A DNA stretch of 64,000 bases, taken from contig DASZUS010000045.1 of the NCBI GenBank assembly GCA_035547515.1, positions 97,156 to 161,155 on the forward strand, in the 5' to 3' direction. The notes beneath the pieces were generated by a model. It searched no databases, was not told the origin of the DNA, and was given only the letters and a program-made list of their open reading frames with translations. Both the position numbers and the translations under genes were made by a program. Of the stretch, positions 1 to 9,756 are shown piece by piece. The stretch comes from Mycobacteriales bacterium. GTDB taxonomy: Bacteria > Actinomycetota > Actinomycetes > JAFAQI01. Within the stretch, counting starts at the first letter, position 1. Each line of letters opens with the position of its first letter.

Positions 1-1
1 G

Positions 2-574
2 GCGCTGGTGCCGCTGTTCGTGGGCGACGTGCTGCATCGCAAGCCGATCTGGACCGGTGTCGGGTTCCTCATCGTGTCCGCGGTCAACGGCGCAACGCTG
101 GTCCCGGCGGGGCGGTTCGCGGACAACGTCGGACGAAAGCCGCTCCTCGTGGGGGGATGCATCGGCAGCGGGATCGGCATCGCCATCCTCGCCGTCGCGC
201 AGGATCTCCCGGGCTACCTCGTCGGGCTTGCCGTGCTCGGGCTCGGCTCAGGGCTGCTCGACGTCGCGCCCGGCGCGATCGTGGGCGACCTCGTCGAAGG
301 CCGGGCCGGGCCGGTGTTCGCGGCGTACACGATGTCCTCCGACATCGGTACCGTCGTCGGGCCGGTGGCTGCCGGCGCGATCGCCGACATCTCCTACGGC
401 GCGGCGTTCCTCAGCACCTCGGGGATCCTCGGCGCCGCCGCGATCATCGCGCTGCTTGCTCCGGAGACGCGAGGCTGGTCAGCCCAGGGCCCGCTGCAGA
501 TCGGCGAGCAGATCGGCCACGGCCTCGATCCCGACGCTCAGCCGAACCAGGTCGGCGGGGACCTCCAGCGCTGA
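2..574 (+). CDS. MFS transporter, C-terminal fragment (5' end outside window)
   Basis: Open from the window edge. Hydrophobic helices with Gly-rich MFS-like segments (GRFADNVGRKPLL, GLGSGLLDVAPGA). The last ~95 nt overlap the convergent metB end, so the true stop is uncertain. Confidence 0.65.
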   Translation, partial: ALVPLFVGDVLHRKPIWTGVGFLIVSAVNGATLVPAGRFADNVGRKPLLVGGCIGSGIGIAILAVAQDLPGYLVGLAVLGLGSGLLDVAPGAIVGDLVEGRAGPVFAAYTMSSDIGTVVGPVAAGAIADISYGAAFLSTSGILGAAAIIALLAPETRGWSAQGPLQIGEQIGHGLDPDAQPNQVGGDLQR

Positions 575-1609
575 CCCGGCAACGCTGGCGTGCGTCATCC
601 GCGCCGGGTGCTCGATGAGCGACTCCACTCCGCCCAGCGACTCGGCGAGCGTGAACAGCTCGGTGCGCCGGCAGATCTCCAGCGCCTGCTCCTCGCCGCC
701 GGCAACCCGGAACGAGACCATCCCGCCGAACCGGCGCATCTGCTGGCGGGCAACCTCGTCGGAGTCCGGGTACCGCACCTCGGTCACCGCGGGGTGGTCT
801 CGGAGCATCTGCACGATCTGCTCGGCGTTGTCGCAGTGGCGATCCATCCGGACCGCGAGCGTCTTGATGCCGCGCAGCACCAGCCACGAGTCGAGCGGCC
901 CGGCCACCGCACCCATCGCGTTCTGGTGGAACGCGACCTGCTCGGCAAGTGAGTCGTCACGGACGATCAGCGCTCCCCCGACGACGTCGCTGTGGCCACC
1001 GAGGTACTTCGTCGTCGAGTGGACCGCGACATGAGCGCCGAGCGCGAGCGGTTGCTGCAGGTACGGCGAGGCGAAGGTGTTGTCGACGACGAGCAACGCC
1101 CCGGCCTCGGCCGCGAGCGCGCCGAGCGCGGCGATGTCGCTGACCCGCAGCATCGGGTTGGTCGGTGTCTCGCACCAGATCACCCGGGTGGTGTCACGGA
1201 TCGCCGCGCGCACCTGGCCGAGTTCGTGTTGGGGGACCGCGGTGTAGCTCAGGCCCCAGCGCTCGAGCACCTTGGCGAACAGCCGGTAGGTCCCGCCGTA
1301 CGCGTCGTCGGGGATGACCACGTGGTCGCCCGGCGAGCAAGCGGCGCGAAGGAGCGTGTCCTCGGCGGCGAGCCCGCTGGCGAAGGCGAAACCGCGCACG
1401 CCGCCCTCGAGCGCGGCAAGGCAGGTCTCGAGCGCGGTGCGCGTCGGGTTCGCGCTGCGGCTGTACTCGTAGCCGCCACGCAGCCCGCCGACGCCGTCCT
1501 GCGCAAATGTCGAGGTCAGGTAGATGGGCGGTACGACGGCGCCGGTCGCCGGGTCCGGCGCCTGGCCAGCGTGGATGGCACGGGTCTCAAAGCCACCCAT
1601 ATCGGACAC
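479..1609 (-). CDS. metB: Cystathionine gamma-synthase/gamma-lyase (PLP-dependent Cys/Met metabolism family)
   Basis: 376 aa. N-terminus FETRAIHAGQ. PLP-lysine motif HSTTKYLGGHSDVVGG. Sits next to cbs, as in mycobacteria. Confidence 0.9.
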   Translation of the reverse strand: MSDMGGFETRAIHAGQAPDPATGAVVPPIYLTSTFAQDGVGGLRGGYEYSRSANPTRTALETCLAALEGGVRGFAFASGLAAEDTLLRAACSPGDHVVIPDDAYGGTYRLFAKVLERWGLSYTAVPQHELGQVRAAIRDTTRVIWCETPTNPMLRVSDIAALGALAAEAGALLVVDNTFASPYLQQPLALGAHVAVHSTTKYLGGHSDVVGGALIVRDDSLAEQVAFHQNAMGAVAGPLDSWLVLRGIKTLAVRMDRHCDNAEQIVQMLRDHPAVTEVRYPDSDEVARQQMRRFGGMVSFRVAGGEEQALEICRRTELFTLAESLGGVESLIEHPARMTHASVAGSALEVPADLVRLSVGIEAVADLLADLQRALG

Positions 1610-1624
1610 GCCTCAACCGTAGAG

Positions 1625-3031
1625 CTAATGAGCGGCGAGGAATCCCAAGAGGTCCTGCCGGGTGACGATGCCCACCGGCCGGCCATCGTCGAGCACCACC
1701 GCGGCGTCGGCTCCCTGAAGGGCTCCGACCGCGGCCGCGACGGGCTCCCCCGCACCGATCAACGGCAACGCACTCGACATGTGCCGCTCGAGGGGGTCCG
1801 CCAGCCGGGCGCGCCCGTTGAACAATGCGTCGAGCAGGTCCCGCTCTACGACCGACCCCATTACCTCGGCCACCATCACCGGCGGCTCCGCGCGCACCAC
1901 CGGCATCTGCGAGACGCCGTACTCGCGGAGGATGTCGATCGCCTCGCGCACCGTCTCGTTGGGATGCACGTGGACGAACTCAGGCAGCCGCCCGCTCTTG
2001 CGGGTAAGCACCTCGCCCACGGTCTGGCCCTTGCCGTCGCCGGCAAGGAAGCCGTAGTCGGCCATCCACTCGTCGCTGAAGATCTTGGACAGGTAGCCGC
2101 GCCCGCCGTCCGGCAGCAGCACCACCACGAGACCGTCGGGTCCGGCGTCTCGCGCGACCTGCACGGCCGCGACCGCGGCCATCCCGCACGACCCTCCGAC
2201 CAGCAGCCCCTCCTCGCGGGCGAGACGCCGCGTCATGAGGAACGAGTCGGCATCGGAGACCGCGATGATCCGGTCGCAGATCTCCCTGTCGTAGTTGGCC
2301 GGCCAGAAGTCCTCGCCGACGCCCTCGACCAGGTACGGACGGCCCGTACCGCCTGAGTAGACCGATCCTTCGGGGTCCGCGCCCACAATCACCACTCGAC
2401 CGTCCGACGCCTCCTTGAGGTAGCGACCGGTCCCCGAGATGGTGCCCCCGGTGCCGACGCCGGCAACGAAGTGGGTGACCTTGCCTTCGGTCTGCTCCCA
2501 GATCTCCGGGCCGGTCGTCTCGTAGTGCGACTGCGGGTTCGCGGGGTTGGAGTACTGGTCGGGCTTCCACCCGCCCGGGCGCTCGCGGGCCAGCCGGTCG
2601 GAGACGCTGTAGTAGGAGTCCGGGTGCTCCGGCGGGACCGCGGTCGGGCATACGACGACCTCGGCGCCGTACGCCCGCAAGACGTTGATCTTGTCGGCGG
2701 ACACCTTGTCCGGGCAGACGAAGACGCAGTGATAGCCACGCTGCTGCGCAACCAGCGCAAGCCCGATCCCGGTGTTGCCGCTCGTCGGCTCGACGATGGT
2801 CCCGCCCGGCGGCAGCGCACCCGAGGCCTCGGCGGCGTCGATCATCCGCGTCGCGATCCGGTCCTTCACCGACCCGCCCGGATTGAGGTACTCGACCTTC
2901 GCCACGACCGCGGCTGCTGCGCCTTCAGTGACGCGGTTGAGACGGACCAGCGGGGTATGACCGATGAGGTCCACCACTGAGTCGAAGACGTCCACGCCTG
3001 GAACGTACTCTTGGGCATCTGTCTTCGGCAC
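1625..3031 (-). CDS. cbs: Cystathionine beta-synthase with C-terminal CBS-domain pair
   Basis: 468 aa. PLP-lysine motif NPGGSVKDR, SGNTGIGLA loop, and a C-terminal tandem CBS region. Confidence 0.9.
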   Translation of the reverse strand: MPKTDAQEYVPGVDVFDSVVDLIGHTPLVRLNRVTEGAAAAVVAKVEYLNPGGSVKDRIATRMIDAAEASGALPPGGTIVEPTSGNTGIGLALVAQQRGYHCVFVCPDKVSADKINVLRAYGAEVVVCPTAVPPEHPDSYYSVSDRLARERPGGWKPDQYSNPANPQSHYETTGPEIWEQTEGKVTHFVAGVGTGGTISGTGRYLKEASDGRVVIVGADPEGSVYSGGTGRPYLVEGVGEDFWPANYDREICDRIIAVSDADSFLMTRRLAREEGLLVGGSCGMAAVAAVQVARDAGPDGLVVVLLPDGGRGYLSKIFSDEWMADYGFLAGDGKGQTVGEVLTRKSGRLPEFVHVHPNETVREAIDILREYGVSQMPVVRAEPPVMVAEVMGSVVERDLLDALFNGRARLADPLERHMSSALPLIGAGEPVAAAVGALQGADAAVVLDDGRPVGIVTRQDLLGFLAAH

Positions 3032-3057
3032 CGAAGCCGACCAGCGAAGGAGCAGTC

Positions 3058-4281
3058 ATGCCCGAGGCCGTCATCGTCGCTACCGCACGCTCCCCGATCG
3101 GTCGTGCGTTCAAGGGATCGCTGGTCGACTTCCGGCCCGACGACCTCGCCGCAACCATCGTCCAGGCGGCCCTGGACAAGGTGGCGGGGCTCGACCCGCA
3201 CACGATCGACGACCTGATCGTCGGGTGCGGCCTGCCGGGCGGCGAGCAGGGCTACAACATCGGGCGCGTGATCGCGGTGAAGCTCGGCCTCGACGACGTC
3301 CCCGGTACGACGATCACCCGTTACTGCTCGTCGAGCCTGCAGTCCACGCGCATGGCATTCCACGCGATCAAGGCCGGCGAGGGCGACGTCTTCGTGAGCG
3401 CGGGCGTCGAGATGGTCAGCCGCTACGGCAAGGGCAACAGCGACTCGCTACCCGACACCCAGAACCCGATCTTCGCGGACGCACAGGCACGCTCCGCGAA
3501 GATGGCAGAGGGCAACTTCACCTGGTCGGACCCGCGCGAGGCCGGGGAGCTTCCCGACGTCTACATCGCAATGGGACAGACCGCCGAGAACGTCGCGCAG
3601 CTCAAGGGCGTCAGCCGGCAGGAGCAGGACGAGTTCGGCGTACGGTCGCAGAACCTCGCAGAGAAGGCCATCGCCAACGGCTTCTTCGAGCGCGAGATCA
3701 CTCCCGTCACGACGCCCGGCGGCGTCCAGGTCGCCAAGGACGACGGCCCTCGGGCAGGCGTCACGATCGAGGGCGTCTCCGAGTTGAAGCCGGTCTTCCG
3801 TCCGGACGGCACGGTGACCGCCGCCAACTGCTGCCCGCTCAACGACGGCGCCGCCGCGGTCGTCATCATGAGCGACACCAAGGCGAAGGAGCTCGGCCTC
3901 ACACCGCTCGCGCGGATCGTGTCAACCGGTGTCTCAGGTCTCAGCCCGGAGATCATGGGGTTGGGTCCGATCGAGGCGAGCAAGCGCGCGCTCGCCTACG
4001 CCGGCAAGTCGATCGATGACATCGACCTCGTCGAGATCAACGAGGCGTTCGCCGCTCAGGTCATCCCGTCGGCGCGCGAGCTCGGCATCGACCCGTTCGG
4101 CGACAAGCTCAACGTCAACGGCGGCGCGATCGCGGTCGGTCACCCGTTCGGCATGACGGGCGCGAGGATCACGACGACGCTGCTCAACGGGTTGCAGACC
4201 CACGACAAGACGTTCGGGCTCGAGACGATGTGCGTTGGTGGGGGCCAAGGCATGGCGATGGTGATCGAGCGCCTCAGCTAG
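3058..4281 (+). CDS. Acetyl-CoA C-acetyltransferase (thiolase)
   Basis: 407 aa. Active-site Cys context YCSSSLQS, NEAFAAQ, and C-terminal CVGGGQGMA. Confidence 0.92.
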   Translation: MPEAVIVATARSPIGRAFKGSLVDFRPDDLAATIVQAALDKVAGLDPHTIDDLIVGCGLPGGEQGYNIGRVIAVKLGLDDVPGTTITRYCSSSLQSTRMAFHAIKAGEGDVFVSAGVEMVSRYGKGNSDSLPDTQNPIFADAQARSAKMAEGNFTWSDPREAGELPDVYIAMGQTAENVAQLKGVSRQEQDEFGVRSQNLAEKAIANGFFEREITPVTTPGGVQVAKDDGPRAGVTIEGVSELKPVFRPDGTVTAANCCPLNDGAAAVVIMSDTKAKELGLTPLARIVSTGVSGLSPEIMGLGPIEASKRALAYAGKSIDDIDLVEINEAFAAQVIPSARELGIDPFGDKLNVNGGAIAVGHPFGMTGARITTTLLNGLQTHDKTFGLETMCVGGGQGMAMVIERLS

Positions 4282-4302
4282 GCATACCTAAGGGGGGAAC
4301 TA

Positions 4303-5313
4303 TTGCCCGCGGATCGGCGGGAAGTACAAGAGAACGGGATCCTCGAGACCTTCGGCCTGACCAGCCAGGCCGAAATGGTCTGGCGGGCACTCATGCGTCA
4401 TCCAGACATCAACCTCGAGGAGCTGACTCAGCGGACCGGATTGCCACTCGGCGAGGTCCAGGACGCCCTGGGTGGCCTCACCTCGGCGCAGCTTGTTCGC
4501 ACGGCGCAGTCGCCCTCGGGCGTTCTCGCAATGGATCCGCAACTGGCGATCGCGAGTCACATTGCGCGAGCGGAGCACGAACTAGCGCTGCGCACGGCCA
4601 AGCTCGCCGAGCTTCGCGCCCACACGGAGGCGCTGTCTGAGGACTACCAGGCGGGCCGCACGTCGACTGCCTCCCTGCCGGGCGCGGAGATCGTCACCGA
4701 CCTAGATGACCTACGTCGCCGCATCTATCTGGCCTCGGAAGGCGCGGTCGAGATGCAGCGGAGTCTCATCCGCTCGCCCTCGGCGGAGGGCCTGCAGGAC
4801 GGCAGTGCCAGAGACAGCGACCAAGCCAATCGCGGCGTCGAACAACGCACGATCATCAGGACATGTGATCTCACTGATCGCGACATCTACGCTCATCTCG
4901 AGGCGCAGCATCGCCGCGGTGAGCGGGTTCGGGCCCTGGGGAACGTCCCGACCCAGATGCTCATCATGGATTCCGCGCTCGCCGTCCTGGCGGTTGATCC
5001 TCAACATCCACGGCGTGGCGCACTCTTCGTCCGCGAGCCCGGCATCGTCAGCCTGATGATCTATCTCTTCGACCATCTGTGGTCCGAGGCGGATCCGGTA
5101 TTCGGCGAGGCAACTGCTGCCGGGGCACCAACCGGCCGGGTCGCTCGCGTGCTTGAGCTGATCGCGGCTGGCGTGAAGGACGAGCGGATCGCACGGACCC
5201 TCGGTGTTGCCACCAGAACGGTGCGGCGCGACATCGCGGAACTCAAGGACAATCTCGGGGTTTCGTCCAGGACGGAGGTCGTCGCGGCCGCGGTTCGGCA
5301 GGGCTGGCTCTAG
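4303..5313 (+). CDS. Transcriptional regulator with N-terminal winged-HTH and C-terminal LuxR-type HTH
   Basis: 336 aa. TTG start preceded by AAGGGGGG. C-terminus ERIARTLGVATRTVRRDIAELKDNLGVSSRTEVV is LuxR/GerE-like. Confidence 0.7.
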   Translation: MPADRREVQENGILETFGLTSQAEMVWRALMRHPDINLEELTQRTGLPLGEVQDALGGLTSAQLVRTAQSPSGVLAMDPQLAIASHIARAEHELALRTAKLAELRAHTEALSEDYQAGRTSTASLPGAEIVTDLDDLRRRIYLASEGAVEMQRSLIRSPSAEGLQDGSARDSDQANRGVEQRTIIRTCDLTDRDIYAHLEAQHRRGERVRALGNVPTQMLIMDSALAVLAVDPQHPRRGALFVREPGIVSLMIYLFDHLWSEADPVFGEATAAGAPTGRVARVLELIAAGVKDERIARTLGVATRTVRRDIAELKDNLGVSSRTEVVAAAVRQGWL

Positions 5314-5314
5314 C

Positions 5315-5641
5315 TCAGCGGGTCGCCTCAAGCGCGCTCCGGAGAGCCGCTTCAACCTCCTGCAACGTCTGGAGGTCCGAGGCCGAGGCGGTCGTGTCAA
5401 GGACGTCGCGACCGACGACCGCGACGGCGTAGGGCAGGACGTGAACCTCGACGACCGGGGCCGGCAGGTCCCGCCCCTGCTGCCGGGCGCTGATCGCGGC
5501 CAACGCGCGCAGTACCTCCTCAGCGGCTGCGCGTCGGCTCCGCCACGCCATTGGCGACAGCCGAGTCAGGCGGGCAACCAGCCGCTCGTGCGCATCGGTG
5601 ACTGCCGCAAGCTTGGTTTGAAAGGGGTCTGACTGCGGCAC
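5315..5641 (-). CDS. Hypothetical protein
   Basis: 108-aa ORF filling an otherwise empty gap. No recognisable motif. Confidence 0.35.
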   Translation of the reverse strand: MPQSDPFQTKLAAVTDAHERLVARLTRLSPMAWRSRRAAAEEVLRALAAISARQQGRDLPAPVVEVHVLPYAVAVVGRDVLDTTASASDLQTLQEVEAALRSALEATR

Positions 5642-5740
5642 GGCAAGACGGTAGTGCCTGCTTCCCTTTGGGTCTTGTCCTGACGCACGGGTTGGGGGAG
5701 GCTAGGCCAACGGTCAGGCGAACGCTTCCAGGAGGCACAC

Positions 5741-5968
5741 ATGTCGATGCCCCAGTCCGAGGACACTCACCAGTCGCTGCTGGCGAGAATTCCCGAGTCG
5801 ACGGGGCGCGACCTGTCTAGCTGGTTCGGCTGTCTGGACGACGGCCCCGCCCTGCTCAGGTTCGACGAACGAGTCACCTGGCTTCGCGACGAGCATGGCC
5901 TTCCCCATGGCTACGCCCGGGCGATCGTGCACGAGCACGACAAACGGCGCGCAGCGACCCGCGCGTAG
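5741..5968 (+). CDS. Small DUF4287-like protein
   Basis: 75 aa with an AGGAGG RBS 6 nt upstream. The pattern LLARIPESTGR...W...HGLPHGYARAIV resembles the DUF4287 family (from memory). Confidence 0.5.
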   Translation: MSMPQSEDTHQSLLARIPESTGRDLSSWFGCLDDGPALLRFDERVTWLRDEHGLPHGYARAIVHEHDKRRAATRA

Positions 5969-5971
5969 TCG

Positions 5972-6382
5972 ATGGACGTTGGGGCCGCGCTCGAGTTCAT
6001 CCGCACCAACCACCACGCTGTCCTCGCCACGCTCCGCAGCGACGGCGCCCCGCAGCTCACCCCGGTCACCGCATCCGTCGATGCCGACGGCAAGGTCGTC
6101 GTGTCGAGCCGAGAGCCGGCGGCAAAGGTCCGCAACCTACGGCGCGACCCGCGTGCCTGGCTGACCGTCTTCACCGACCGCTTCTTCGGCGAGTTCGTCC
6201 AAGTCGAGGGCGACGCCACAATCGTGTCGCTGCCGGAGGCCATGGAAGGCCTCGTGGACTACTACAGGTCCGTCTCCGGCGACCACCCGGACTGGGACGA
6301 CTACCGAGCCGCGATGACTCGGGAGCAGCGGGTGCTGATCCGGGTCGATGTGACGCGGGCAGGCCCGACGTACTCCGGTTAG
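5972..6382 (+). CDS. PPOX-class (pyridoxamine 5'-phosphate oxidase-like) probable F420-dependent enzyme
   Basis: 136 aa. N-terminus HAVLATLRSDGAPQLTPV and the overall length are typical of actinobacterial PPOX-class F420 proteins. Confidence 0.7.
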   Translation: MDVGAALEFIRTNHHAVLATLRSDGAPQLTPVTASVDADGKVVVSSREPAAKVRNLRRDPRAWLTVFTDRFFGEFVQVEGDATIVSLPEAMEGLVDYYRSVSGDHPDWDDYRAAMTREQRVLIRVDVTRAGPTYSG

Positions 6383-6855
6383 GCGTAGACGAGCCGGGTG
6401 ATCCACTCGGCGACAAGCGCCGGCTTGGACTCGCCCTCGATCTCGACAGTCATGGTGCGGATCGTGTGCAGGGTGTTCGGGTCCTTGAGTTCGACACCCG
6501 ACAGAACGCTGGTGCAGCGGATCCGCGAGTTGACCTTGACCGCCTGGATGAACCGGATCTTCTCGAACCCATAGTTGACGCCCATGACGAGGCCGTCGAA
6601 GCGCTCCATCGGCTGCTTGATCGTCTCGCTCAACTTGACCAGCAACGACAGCGTCAGGAAACCGTGAGCGATGGTCACGCCCCACGGCGACATCGCCGCC
6701 GCCTTCTCCGGATCGACGTGAATGAACTGGTGGTCCTCGGTGACGTCGGCGAACGCGTTGATTCGCTCCTGGGTGACCTCGAGCCAGTCGCTGGTGCCTT
6801 CGGTCTCACCAACTGCAGCCTTCAGCTTCTCGTACGCCGCCTCAGCCTTCGTCAT
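6379..6855 (-). CDS. MaoC-like (R)-specific enoyl-CoA hydratase / hot-dog dehydratase
   Basis: 158 aa. Motif DHQFIHVDPEKAA...GVTIAHGFLTLSL is characteristic of MaoC dehydratase domains. Confidence 0.85.
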   Translation of the reverse strand: MTKAEAAYEKLKAAVGETEGTSDWLEVTQERINAFADVTEDHQFIHVDPEKAAAMSPWGVTIAHGFLTLSLLVKLSETIKQPMERFDGLVMGVNYGFEKIRFIQAVKVNSRIRCTSVLSGVELKDPNTLHTIRTMTVEIEGESKPALVAEWITRLVYA

Positions 6856-6889
6856 CCATGCCTCGTCTCATAGGTGTCGCCCGGACCGG

Positions 6890-6964
6890 TGCCCCCGGTC
6901 GGACTCGAACCGACAACGACCAGATTTTAAGTCCGGCGCCTCTGACCTGTTGGGCTACGGGGGC
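6890..6964 (-). tRNA. tRNA with hand-folded anticodon UAA (formally Leu/TTA-decoding) but a class-I short variable loop
   Basis: Minus-strand cloverleaf: acceptor GCCCCCG/CGGGGGC, T-arm GTCGG-TTCGAGT-CCGAC, anticodon arm CCGGA-CTTAAAA-TCTGG, 5-nt variable loop TCGTT, discriminator A followed by CC. Confidence 0.7.
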
Positions 6965-6974
6965 ACCGATGACG

Positions 6975-8294
6975 CTACTTCGATGCGCCCCGCGCCGCTT
7001 CGCGCTGGAAGTCGCTCCGCGGGTCCGCGAACGTGCCGAGCGAGACGATCTCGCGCCGGAAGAACAACGCGAGAGTCCAGTCGGCGACGACCCGAAGCTT
7101 GCGGTTCATCGTTGGCACACGGGCCAGGTGATAGGTCCGATGCATCCACCACGCAGGCAGCCCGCGCAGCTTGACCCCGTAGACCTCCGCCACGCCTCTG
7201 TGCAGGCCAAGGCTCGCGACCGACCCGGCGTAGGCGTGCCGGTAGGGACGAGGCTGCTTGCCTCGCAGGACCGCGACGATGTTGTCACCAAGCTGCTTCG
7301 CCTGCCGGACGGCGTGCTGTGCCGTCGGCCCGCACAGTGCGTCCGGCGAGTCCTTGGTCACGTCCGGCACGGCGGCGCAGTCTCCCGCCGCCCACGCATC
7401 GGGAGTGTCGACGATGCGCAGATCCGCGTGACACTTCACCCGCTTCATCTCGTCGAGCGGCAGATCGGTCTGCTCCAGCAATGGGTTCGGCCTTACCCCC
7501 GCCGTCCAGACGATCGTGTCCGCGTCGAACTCCGCGCCGTCGGACAGAACGACGTGGCCCTGTTCGAGGGACTCGACCCTCGTGTTGAGGCGCACCTTGA
7601 TGCCCTGCTTCTCGAGTTGGCGGACGGTGTACTCCGCCATGTCCAGGCTGACCTCGGGCAGGATGCGCCCGGTCGCCTCCACCATCGTCCAGTGCATGTC
7701 CGAAGCGGCCAGTCCCGGGTAGAACTTCAGCGCGTCGTGTGCCATGTCCTGGAGCTCGGCGATGGCCTCGATGCCGGCGTAGCCGCCTCCCACGAACACG
7801 AAGTTCAGCGCGCGGCTGCGCACGGCCGGGTCGTCCGTCGTCACCGCCAGGTCCAGCCGGGAAAGCACGCGGTTGCGCAGGTAGATCGCCTCCGCTGCGG
7901 TGCGGAACGCGATGCCGGTGTCGGCAAGTCCGGGGATCGGAAGGGTCTTGGCGACCGAGCCCAATGCGACAACGAGGATGTCGTAGCCGAGGTCCTGGTC
8001 CCCGCCCTCCTCGGGTCGCAGGCAGATGCGCCGGGCGGTGTGGTCGATGCTGGTCACCGTGCCGACGAGAACCTCGCACCGGTCGAGCACCCGCCGCAGC
8101 GGCACGACCATGTGCCGAGGCTCAAGGTTCCCTGCAGCAGCTTCCGGAAGGAACGGCTGGTAGGTCATGTACGAGCGGGTGTCGATGACCGTCACCCTGG
8201 CTTCGTCGCGGCGCAGCTTCTGCTGTAGCCGCAGCGCGGTGTACATCCCGACGTAGCCGCCACCGACGATCACGATTCGAGGTTGCGTGGACAC
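6975..8294 (-). CDS. ndh: Type II NADH dehydrogenase (NDH-2)
   Basis: 439 aa. Two Rossmann motifs (IVIVGGGYVG and FVFVGGGYAGIE) and a C-terminal membrane-anchoring region. Confidence 0.9.
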   Translation of the reverse strand: MSTQPRIVIVGGGYVGMYTALRLQQKLRRDEARVTVIDTRSYMTYQPFLPEAAAGNLEPRHMVVPLRRVLDRCEVLVGTVTSIDHTARRICLRPEEGGDQDLGYDILVVALGSVAKTLPIPGLADTGIAFRTAAEAIYLRNRVLSRLDLAVTTDDPAVRSRALNFVFVGGGYAGIEAIAELQDMAHDALKFYPGLAASDMHWTMVEATGRILPEVSLDMAEYTVRQLEKQGIKVRLNTRVESLEQGHVVLSDGAEFDADTIVWTAGVRPNPLLEQTDLPLDEMKRVKCHADLRIVDTPDAWAAGDCAAVPDVTKDSPDALCGPTAQHAVRQAKQLGDNIVAVLRGKQPRPYRHAYAGSVASLGLHRGVAEVYGVKLRGLPAWWMHRTYHLARVPTMNRKLRVVADWTLALFFRREIVSLGTFADPRSDFQREAARGASK

Positions 8295-8383
8295 CCGTCG
8301 GTCCTACCCCAGCCTGTGGATGGGATGCGACGCCGAACGTGTGAGTCTGCGCACGATGGCACTCCGCGACAAGGGGGCCACCG

Positions 8384-9664
8384 ATGCAGGAGATGGGCGA
8401 TGACCGGGCAAACTTCCGGGAGGTCTTGCGAATCCGCGAGTTCCGGGCGCTGTACCTCGCTCAGACGCTGAGCGTGCTCGGCGACCAGCTGGCACGGATT
8501 GCAATCGCCGTGATCGTGTTCGGCCGCACCTCCTCCGCAACGCTCACCGCTGTCAGCTACGCGGTTAGCTACCTTCCGTGGATCGCCGGTGGGCCAACAC
8601 TGTCGAGCCTGGCCGACCATCTTCCACGCAGAACAGTCATGGTCTGCTGCGACTGTTCCCGGGCTCTCCTCATCGGCGTGACGGCGCTTCACAACTGCCC
8701 GACGGCAGGCCTCATAGGTCTGGTAGCTGCGGTTGCTGTTCTCCAGCCGCCCTTCACCGCTGCCCGTGCGGCAACGATCCCAGAAGTCGTCGGCGAGGGC
8801 GCCGGGTATGCCGCAGCCGCGACGCTGACCAACGCCACGCTGCAAGTCGCCGTCCTCAGCGGATTCGCGCTAGGAGGCGTCGTCATCGCGGCCATCGGCA
8901 CAAGCGCCACTGTTCTCGCCGATGCGTTGACGTTTGTCATCTCCGCGATGATCGTGGCTCGATTCGTTCAAAGCCGCCCTCCCGTGGCACCCGAGAAGAG
9001 CGCGTGGCGAGCCGATATGAGAGCCGGCTGGACAGCGGTCTTCCAGGACCATCGGCTGCGGCGCCTAGTCACGATCTCTTGGATCGTCGTGGGCGCGAGC
9101 ATCACCACTGAAGCTGTGGCGGTACCGTACGCCCAGGCACATGGCGAGGGCGCGACCACTGCCGGCCTTCTCACAGCCTCGATGCCCCTCGGAACCGCCG
9201 TCGGCGCGCTGATACTCACCAGATTCGAGTCAGCCCGGCTCGAGCGAGCTTTGCCGCATATCGCTACAGCGGCTCTCCTTGCTCTGGCGCTCACGACCGC
9301 AAACCCGACTCCGCCGCTCGCGGCAGCCGCATGGGTCTTCGCCGGCGCCCTTAGCGCGATAACCGTGTTTGCGAATCGAGTCTTTGTGGTCGCGGTCCCG
9401 AGAGAAATTCGCGGACGAGCTTTCGGCGTGGCCGCAGCCGGTATCTCCGGCGCCCAGGGGATCGGCACCATCCTCGTCGGCCTGGCGGCGAGCCGATTGT
9501 CGCCGGCCCATTCCGTCGGCATGGTGATTTGCGCCTGGTTGCTGCTCCTTATGGTGGCGAACGCGAAGCGGCTCGGGTCGAGATCTGTGAACTTCGCGAA
9601 GATCTCGCCCGAGCCGCTTACGACCCCGTCAGCTACTCCCAGCTGTGACCTGTCTGCATCGTGA
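8384..9664 (+). CDS. MFS transporter (EntS/drug-exporter-like)
   Basis: 426 aa, about 12 predicted helices. N-terminus FRALYLAQTLSVLGDQLARIA is typical of this MFS subfamily. Confidence 0.8.
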   Translation: MQEMGDDRANFREVLRIREFRALYLAQTLSVLGDQLARIAIAVIVFGRTSSATLTAVSYAVSYLPWIAGGPTLSSLADHLPRRTVMVCCDCSRALLIGVTALHNCPTAGLIGLVAAVAVLQPPFTAARAATIPEVVGEGAGYAAAATLTNATLQVAVLSGFALGGVVIAAIGTSATVLADALTFVISAMIVARFVQSRPPVAPEKSAWRADMRAGWTAVFQDHRLRRLVTISWIVVGASITTEAVAVPYAQAHGEGATTAGLLTASMPLGTAVGALILTRFESARLERALPHIATAALLALALTTANPTPPLAAAAWVFAGALSAITVFANRVFVVAVPREIRGRAFGVAAAGISGAQGIGTILVGLAASRLSPAHSVGMVICAWLLLLMVANAKRLGSRSVNFAKISPEPLTTPSATPSCDLSAS

Positions 9665-9756
9665 TCACCTCCGTACCCCAGGTGGTTCCGGTGCACGGAG
9701 CCTCGGAGGCCGCCGCTGTGCGGCGCCAGATGCAGTTCAGGACCTGTGGATAGCCG

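Noticed and set aside
992-2356. 454-aa plus-strand ORF; similar long ORFs at 12401-14149, 15541-17682, 28031-29905, 39138-41804 and 46263-48149 (plus strand) and 31344-33104 and 48328-49236 (minus strand)
   Set aside because: Each lies antisense to or out of frame with a gene that has clear family motifs. Their translations are Arg/Pro/Gly/Asp-rich and low-complexity with no motifs. This is the expected stop-codon-poor shadow of high-GC coding DNA.
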